From contig OZ025804.1 of NCBI GenBank assembly GCA_964019425.1, positions 1 through 64,000 on the forward strand: 64,000 nucleotides of DNA, written 5' to 3'. Position 1 is the stretch's first letter; each line of letters begins with the position of its first letter. Below are positions 60,444 through 64,000 of this stretch, one piece after another. A model generated the notes under the pieces. The model was not told the DNA's origin. It did no database searches and saw only the letters and a program-made list of their open reading frames with translations. The DNA is from Flectonema sp. DT1601 (taxonomy: Eukaryota). The position numbers were made by a program, and so were the translations under genes.

Positions 60444-62356
60444 GAAAGGAAAGGAAACGAAAGGAAAGGACAGGAAAGGTAAAAAAGAATAAATAAATTA
60501 AAAATAAAAATGCTACACAATATAAATATTTATCAGACATTGGAAAGCTTGTTCCCCCTTCCAATTGAATCAAAAAGGTTCTCAAAGTTGATCATCGCCA
60601 AAGAAGAGAGTTTTCCTCTTGTCTTCACAATAGGAATTCAAGGAACAGAAAAGCTCCGTGAGAAGGATTAGATTTCCTCACAGAAAAAAAGAATTAACGC
60701 AAATAAAAAGAGATGATAATATTCATCCGAGTTTTTTTTTTTTTTTTTTTTTTTAAAAACCAGCAAAAGATTTCTTCTTTCTGGCACTCAAGGAACGAAT
60801 ATTAGAAAACCTTGAAGGGGATACTGTATCGTGAGGATGGATTACTGAGAGTAAGACTCAGTTATTTGTATTGTGCATGTGGTAGTGTAACACTCCGTAT
60901 TTCCAAAAGTCAGCGGGTTGAGTTCCAGGATCAAAGTCCATATTTCCACTATCAGCTCGACTTTTATTTTTATCTTCCGAATCCTTACAAATATTTTTAT
61001 TAAACGACGCAATTCGTCTCCTGGGAGGCGATGGAGGATTTGGTTTCCGAAACGAAAGCCCTCCTTCCCTGAGAACCGCCGCACTGGGTCGACGAGGATC
61101 CTGCTGCTGGTAAACAACACCGCGGGGCTGTTGAGGTTTCTGTTGCTGTGCAGTCTTCTCTGCAGCCTGTCTTCGCTTTAGTTTTTTACGGTTTTTCATA
61201 TCTTGAGGAGTCAGCTGTTTTTTTATTTTTGTTTGTTTTGTAAGAGCAATAGATCCGATGTTGTTTGTTTTTTTTTTTCGAAGTGCTGAGTGATTGAAAA
61301 TGCAAACCTTATTATGCTGTTCCCACTGACTACAAATTTTATTCCAACCATCGACAGTTTGATAATAAGCGACGTCATCACACTTCACCATCACATCCAT
61401 CCCATCCTTTCTTGTGGGTGATAAAACTCTTGATACGCGATCCCAAAATTCACGTGATGCGTGAAATATCTGATCACCTGTTTTGTATTACATTCGATGG
61501 TTTACTTCTCAGATGGGACGGACAGTTCAAATGGGTTTTGTTAATAATAAAAAGACACTCAGTTAGGCAGAAAATATTTTATTTCCAAAAAACACCGTTT
61601 TGAGTTAATAAAGTGACAAAATGACAAACCATTAGGACCAGATATCGAAACAATGTGAGGATTGCTCTGTTCCCAACCTCTCATGTAAGCAGTTAAGAAT
61701 TGACAATTTACAGCGAGAGTATCAGTGGTATGAGAAGCAGTGACTGCGAGAACTGGTTTCCTTTGAGAATACTCTGGCGCTATCGCTACTTCAGTAGTAA
61801 AGTCATCCCAAAATTGCATGTCAGCTGGAAATTCAAAATCCTGCGGATCCCCACTCTCACCTCCCATCGCTGCTTCCACCGCTCGCAATCCCTCAGCAGC
61901 ATTAAAATCAAGTGGCGGCATTCGAGGAATTTGGGTATCCGGTGGTCCCCCGACAGGTGGTCCCCCGACAGGTTGTCCCCCGACATTATCCATCTTGCAA
62001 TTCTGTGATTAAATAAAATAACTTAACTTGATTAGTTGTTAGTTGGTAATTATCAGGTTATTATTTGTTACTTTTACTGAGCTTGTTCTTACGACACTTA
62101 ACCACTTATTTAAAAGTGGTCGTACAAGCAAAGCATATTCATAACAACCATTCAGATTATTTCACTGATACATTTTTTCTATAAATAGCAGTACAGGATA
62201 CACAAGGAGATAGCTTAATAAACAGTACCTCAAAGAAAAGAACGGAACAGAACAATAAAAGATAGACAAGGAGAGGTTGAGGGGAGGTCAACTCCTCGAT
62301 AAGTACTCTTCACTTCATTAATTAACTGGATGGTTACTTTTAACTGTTGTACTCAA

Positions 62357-64000
62357 TTAGTTAGTGTTGACTTCAATATATTCCAACTTCTCAACCCAAC
62401 CTAACGATGCCCACTTGTCTCTACCACCAGCTGCGTCAACTGCAAGTCTTCTCGCCTCTGGTGAGTATGTCAGCGCCTGCTGTCTCGCAGCTTCTTCAAT
62501 CTCCTCTTGTTCGACATCCAGAGCACTGCTGGAGTCGTAAGGACAGGCGTTGCCCTTTTCAGTGAGCGCATCTCCACAGGATTTGTGGTAGTGCTCTCCG
62601 CAATCACCGCAGAGAGAGAGCGTTCCAGCCCATATCACTTTCTTACATACAGAACAACGTGTAGGTCGGAGAGAAGAAAAAGCTTTCAGTCTGTGACGTA
62701 CACAAGTACAATCTGACCACCTCCAAGTGAGGAATCCTTGACGGAACTGCAGCAGAACGTATTCCGTGTCTTCAGCTACGATGATCTTCTTTACGATTGC
62801 TTTGTGACCAGCTTTAGATCGTTGATTTTGAGTGTAAGGAATTAGAGGCGTTAATTTAGTTCTGACTCTCAGGTTTTCTCTCGGCTTCCAAGTTGGCTCA
62901 TCCTTTGTCGCTACTGGGATGTCATCAGGTGTGTCAGTCGATTTAGGGTTCTCATCATTCTCTCTGTTGTTCTGAGTGAGTCCCATTAGCGTTCTGAAAC
63001 TTGTCTTCCTTTGCTCTGACACTGCTAATGAAGACACACAACTCTCTTCATCACTATCTAACATGTAAGGAAGAATTGATTCTTTAGCAGCATCTATCTC
63101 AATACGACCAGCGTGTACTGGTGATGTGTTTCTTGGAGAACTAACATCAAAGATTTCAGGGTTTTGAAATAATCCCCTCTCAGGTGGTAGTGGGACATCA
63201 TCAGAGTCTCTCCAATTATCAACAAAACCACTCTTTTCAGGTGGTGGTCGAACCATTGACATGTACCCATCACCAATCATTAATAGTTTCTTGTTTCGAG
63301 ACTTACTTCTAACATCACGAGGGGCTGCAATGATTTGAATTTGAAATCGATCAGCTGCTAGTCTCGCTCTAGTTAAAGCTGATCGGAGGTCAGTTAGAGA
63401 CTTTATTGGAGCTCCAGCAACGCTCTTGATGACACAACCGCGGGTAAGACCTGCTCGATCGAAGACAGATCCGGCAATAGGATCAGTCGCTAGTCGCAGT
63501 ATTTTATTATTATTTTCTTCATCTTCTGGATCAGGTAACTCCTCAACAACATAACCCATATTATCATCATCTGATTGGTTATGTCTAATATACAATGTTT
63601 GCAGCACAGGTACTGTTGGATCCGGTAACGTTGGGTCAGCATACTCAACACACAAAGTCACAAGTTTATTTTGATGAACTCTTCCATACATAACTTCTTC
63701 ATTAAAATCTTTAATCGTTTTTATCGGTTTTGAATTAATAGAATGCAGCGTCACGTTGTTTGGTATTCGATTAGCTCCAGCTGGACTATTCTTTTCTATT
63801 GATGAGATCTGAAGACCTTTTTCAGTTTCAATACATTCAATTCCCCATCTGTCAAGATGGTCATTCAGTCTTAAATGATAAGTTATAAAATTATCTTTTA
63901 TGATTGCCGTTGGTTTTATTCTTATCGTGTACACTGGGGACATCTGAATCCTAGAAAAGTCCTCAGAGTAAGTCATAGGAATATCGTTAACAGATGTTAG
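62357..64000 (-). CDS. PDZ-domain protein with C1-type zinc finger; 5' part probably outside the window
   Basis: Two PDZ-like units (ISSIEKNSPA..LHSINSKPI; GSVFDRAGL..IKSVAGAPI) and H...CSVC...CGDC...HKSC...C. Confidence 0.8.
   Translation of the reverse strand, partial: LTSVNDIPMTYSEDFSRIQMSPVYTIRIKPTAIIKDNFITYHLRLNDHLDRWGIECIETEKGLQISSIEKNSPAGANRIPNNVTLHSINSKPIKTIKDFNEEVMYGRVHQNKLVTLCVEYADPTLPDPTVPVLQTLYIRHNQSDDDNMGYVVEELPDPEDEENNNKILRLATDPIAGSVFDRAGLTRGCVIKSVAGAPIKSLTDLRSALTRARLAADRFQIQIIAAPRDVRSKSRNKKLLMIGDGYMSMVRPPPEKSGFVDNWRDSDDVPLPPERGLFQNPEIFDVSSPRNTSPVHAGRIEIDAAKESILPYMLDSDEESCVSSLAVSEQRKTSFRTLMGLTQNNRENDENPKSTDTPDDIPVATKDEPTWKPRENLRVRTKLTPLIPYTQNQRSKAGHKAIVKKIIVAEDTEYVLLQFRQGFLTWRWSDCTCVRHRLKAFSSLRPTRCSVCKKVIWAGTLSLCGDCGEHYHKSCGDALTEKGNACPYDSSSALDVEQEEIEEAARQQALTYSPEARRLAVDAAGGRDKWASLGWVEKLEYIEVNTN

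Noticed and set aside
60235..61993. Short minus-strand ORFs, possibly a decayed retroelement ORF1
   Set aside because: Fragmented by homopolymers and no diagnostic motif recognised.

Overview
AT-rich eukaryotic (protist) genomic DNA, most likely euglenozoan. This is inferred from a stand-alone small subunit of a bipartite topoisomerase IB with short GT-AG introns, a VIPER/TATE-type tyrosine-recombinase retrotransposon, and co-orientation of nearly all host genes on the minus strand. Three zones are visible. (1) 1-7754 is a near-perfect telomere-like (TTTGCGGG)n array, G-rich on +, joined directly to a decayed Gag-YR-RT/RNaseH element (7.8-11.8 kb). (2) About 12-42.5 kb is a subtelomere-like mosaic of Crinkler/RHS-type HNH and NTPase-REase genes, fragments of Penelope-like retroelements with no visible endonuclease, a Polinton-like packaging ATPase remnant and Ubl-LRR genes. 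It is punctuated by short TGCGGGTTTGCGGG seeds, usually behind a conserved GCGAAGC hairpin + GTATCTCTAG motif, and by five copies of a ~73-nt covarying pseudoknot-like RNA motif. (3) 43-64 kb holds mostly ordinary genes (GCP2, TopIB small subunit, SAM protein, GH38 mannosidase, PDZ/C1 protein). The most novel-looking items are the structured RNA motif and the link between the seed motif and the giant octamer array. All family assignments are by eye from motifs; no searches were run.
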